Shown here one piece after another: positions 62,527 through 64,000 of a stretch of 64,000 bases of DNA (positions are counted from its first letter, which is position 1; each line of letters begins with the position of its first letter). A program made the position numbers and the translations under genes. The DNA is taken from assembly GCA_036644995.1 (NCBI GenBank), contig JAVXOZ010000005.1, positions 28,067 to 92,066 of the forward strand, written 5' to 3'. The notes under the pieces were generated by a model. It ran no database searches, was not told where the DNA came from, and saw only the letters and a list, made by a program, of their open reading frames with translations. Source of the DNA: Clostridiales bacterium (GTDB lineage Bacteria > Bacillota > Dehalobacteriia > UBA7702).

Positions 62527-63609
62527 TTATTTTCCGCCTTTAAGTTTTTTCTTGAAGCGAATCAATTTGCGTACGCCTTTATAATAAATTGGTTCAAAGG
62601 TTTCGTATAATTTATAGAAAGTTTTATTATATATCAAATCGTACTCTCCTATAAATTCAACATAATCACCATTAAATCCTTTTTTAAATTTATAAAGACC
62701 ATATAAAGGATGCTCCGGTGGGACTTGACCCGGAACTCCACGGAAATCGTACATGGTACAGCCCTGCTCTTTGGCATACTGTATCATAGTCCATTGAATA
62801 AGATAATTGGGCATAACATTTCTGTATTCATTGGCAGAAGCACCATAAAGATACCAAGCCCTAAAACCAAATTGCAAATATAAAGTACCTGCAATCATTT
62901 TGCCTTCATAATAAGCATAAAAAAGTTGTGCATAGCCTTTGGGCACCAATTTATCATACATATCTTCAAAATATTGATAGGAGCGAATTAAAAAATTATC
63001 CCGTTCCGCTGTTACTTTCAGCAAATCGTAAAATTCTTTTAGCTTGGATTTATCTTGGGCAAGCTCAATGGTAACACCTTTTTTTCCTGCCAAACGCAGG
63101 TTATAACGGGTTTTTTGGTGCATATTTTTCATTAAGGTTTCTTCATCGGGAGTTATATCCAAACGGAAAACAAATTTAGGCTGAATACCTTCAAATCCCG
63201 AACCAGAACCGGGCTTTACAAAGCCGTATTCTTGAAAAAAGTTTTGCCAAGAATTTTCTTCAACGCTAACATCGGGGTCTAATTTCAGGTAGATAGCTTT
63301 TCTCTCTTTGGCAATTTTTGCCACCTCTGCCATGAGAAATTTTACGGTTTCTTTATCATCTATATCCACCACAGGCCCACGGGTGGCATAAAAAATGGTT
63401 TTGCCCATGGGTACACTGCGTTGAAGTATGGAAATACCTGCGGCAGGTTCGCCATCTTTTAAAATCAACAAACGGATAGGAACCCAGCTCCCTGATTTTA
63501 TTTCCCCCCATTCATAGCTTTGGAGGATATGCCCTTTTTTGGGATGGTTCGCCACAAAGGTATCGAACAGTTCTCTATCTTTTTCTTCTATAATTTTTGC
63601 TTCTAACAA
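62527..63609 (-). CDS. FemAB family peptidoglycan interpeptide-bridge aminoacyltransferase
   Basis: 360 aa with FemAB-like sequence (HQKTRYNLR, YLYGAS). Confidence 0.8.
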   Translation of the reverse strand: MLEAKIIEEKDRELFDTFVANHPKKGHILQSYEWGEIKSGSWVPIRLLILKDGEPAAGISILQRSVPMGKTIFYATRGPVVDIDDKETVKFLMAEVAKIAKERKAIYLKLDPDVSVEENSWQNFFQEYGFVKPGSGSGFEGIQPKFVFRLDITPDEETLMKNMHQKTRYNLRLAGKKGVTIELAQDKSKLKEFYDLLKVTAERDNFLIRSYQYFEDMYDKLVPKGYAQLFYAYYEGKMIAGTLYLQFGFRAWYLYGASANEYRNVMPNYLIQWTMIQYAKEQGCTMYDFRGVPGQVPPEHPLYGLYKFKKGFNGDYVEFIGEYDLIYNKTFYKLYETFEPIYYKGVRKLIRFKKKLKGGK

Positions 63610-63652
63610 GTAAAAACTCCTTTCTCCCGACTAACAAACTAATTAACCGCCA

Positions 63653-64000
63653 TTATTTATTCATATTTTCAAAAGCAGCGGCAATAAGCCCTATGAATAA
63701 AGGATGAGGACGATTAGGACGGGACTTAAATTCGGGATGGAATTGACAAGCCATGAAGTAAGGATGATTTTTCAATTCAATCATCTCTACCAAGCGGCCA
63801 TCAAGTGAAGTTCCCACAATTTCCATATCGCTGTTATCGTATTTTTCACGATACACATTATTAAATTCATAACGATGGCGGTGGCGTTCTTCCACAACCT
63901 CCACACCGTATAATTCTTTAGCTTTGGAGCCATCTTTAATCACGCAGGGGTATAAACCCAAACGCATGGTGCCGCCTTTTTCTTCCACGGATTTTTGTTC
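63653..64000 (-). CDS. pyrG: CTP synthase, C-terminal glutamine amidotransferase part (continues beyond the window)
   Basis: GGTMRLG...[10 protein letters not shown]...QFHPEF motifs. The reading frame is open to the window edge. Confidence 0.9.
   Translation of the reverse strand, partial: EQKSVEEKGGTMRLGLYPCVIKDGSKAKELYGVEVVEERHRHRYEFNNVYREKYDNSDMEIVGTSLDGRLVEMIELKNHPYFMACQFHPEFKSRPNRPHPLFIGLIAAAFENMNK

Overview
This is a chromosomal window from a low-GC, anaerobic, endospore-forming Firmicute (Clostridia-like). Almost all genes are on the minus strand and are housekeeping. In coordinate order they are: spoIIIAB/AA; an ABC-2 exporter pair; efp; an M24 peptidase; pmbA/tldD; aroK; two HAD phosphatases; a SCIFF RiPP pair (maturase plus a 47-aa precursor missing from the ORF track); a PLP decarboxylase; RNase G with the TIGR03960/TIGR03936 radical-SAM pair; an M23 peptidase; rodA-minEDC-PBP2-mreDC; maf-folC-valS; a zur-znuACB zinc operon ending in a DUF896 protein with a Cys/His tail; membrane proteins and a GDPD; sstT; a cooF-cooS-FAD oxidoreductase CODH cluster; tRNA-Val(CAC); an XRE/TPR regulator followed by two paralogous Cys-rich small proteins; prmC-prfA-DUF1385-rpmE; a radical SAM gene; a Zn-motif/disordered/TM protein; and glpX-fsa-fba-alr-femAB-pyrG. 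No transposase, integrase, cas or phage genes are present. The unusual content is non-coding. (1) A ~135-150 nt rod-like structured element occurs three times (11.6 kb, 41.8 kb, 54.2 kb), always in a minus-strand 3' region; the 41.8 kb and 54.2 kb copies are bracketed by duplicated terminator hairpins. (2) At least 14 intergenic regions carry locus-specific degenerate tandem-repeat arrays (units of 11-45 nt, arrays up to ~600 bp), and several lie between a stop codon and its intrinsic terminator. The best protein-level candidates for something new are the tandem 10-Cys paralog pair beside the XRE/TPR regulator, the (CG)4-His5-tailed DUF896 protein in the zinc operon, a MinC lacking its N-terminal domain, and the low-complexity tails on MreD, MreC and PBP2.
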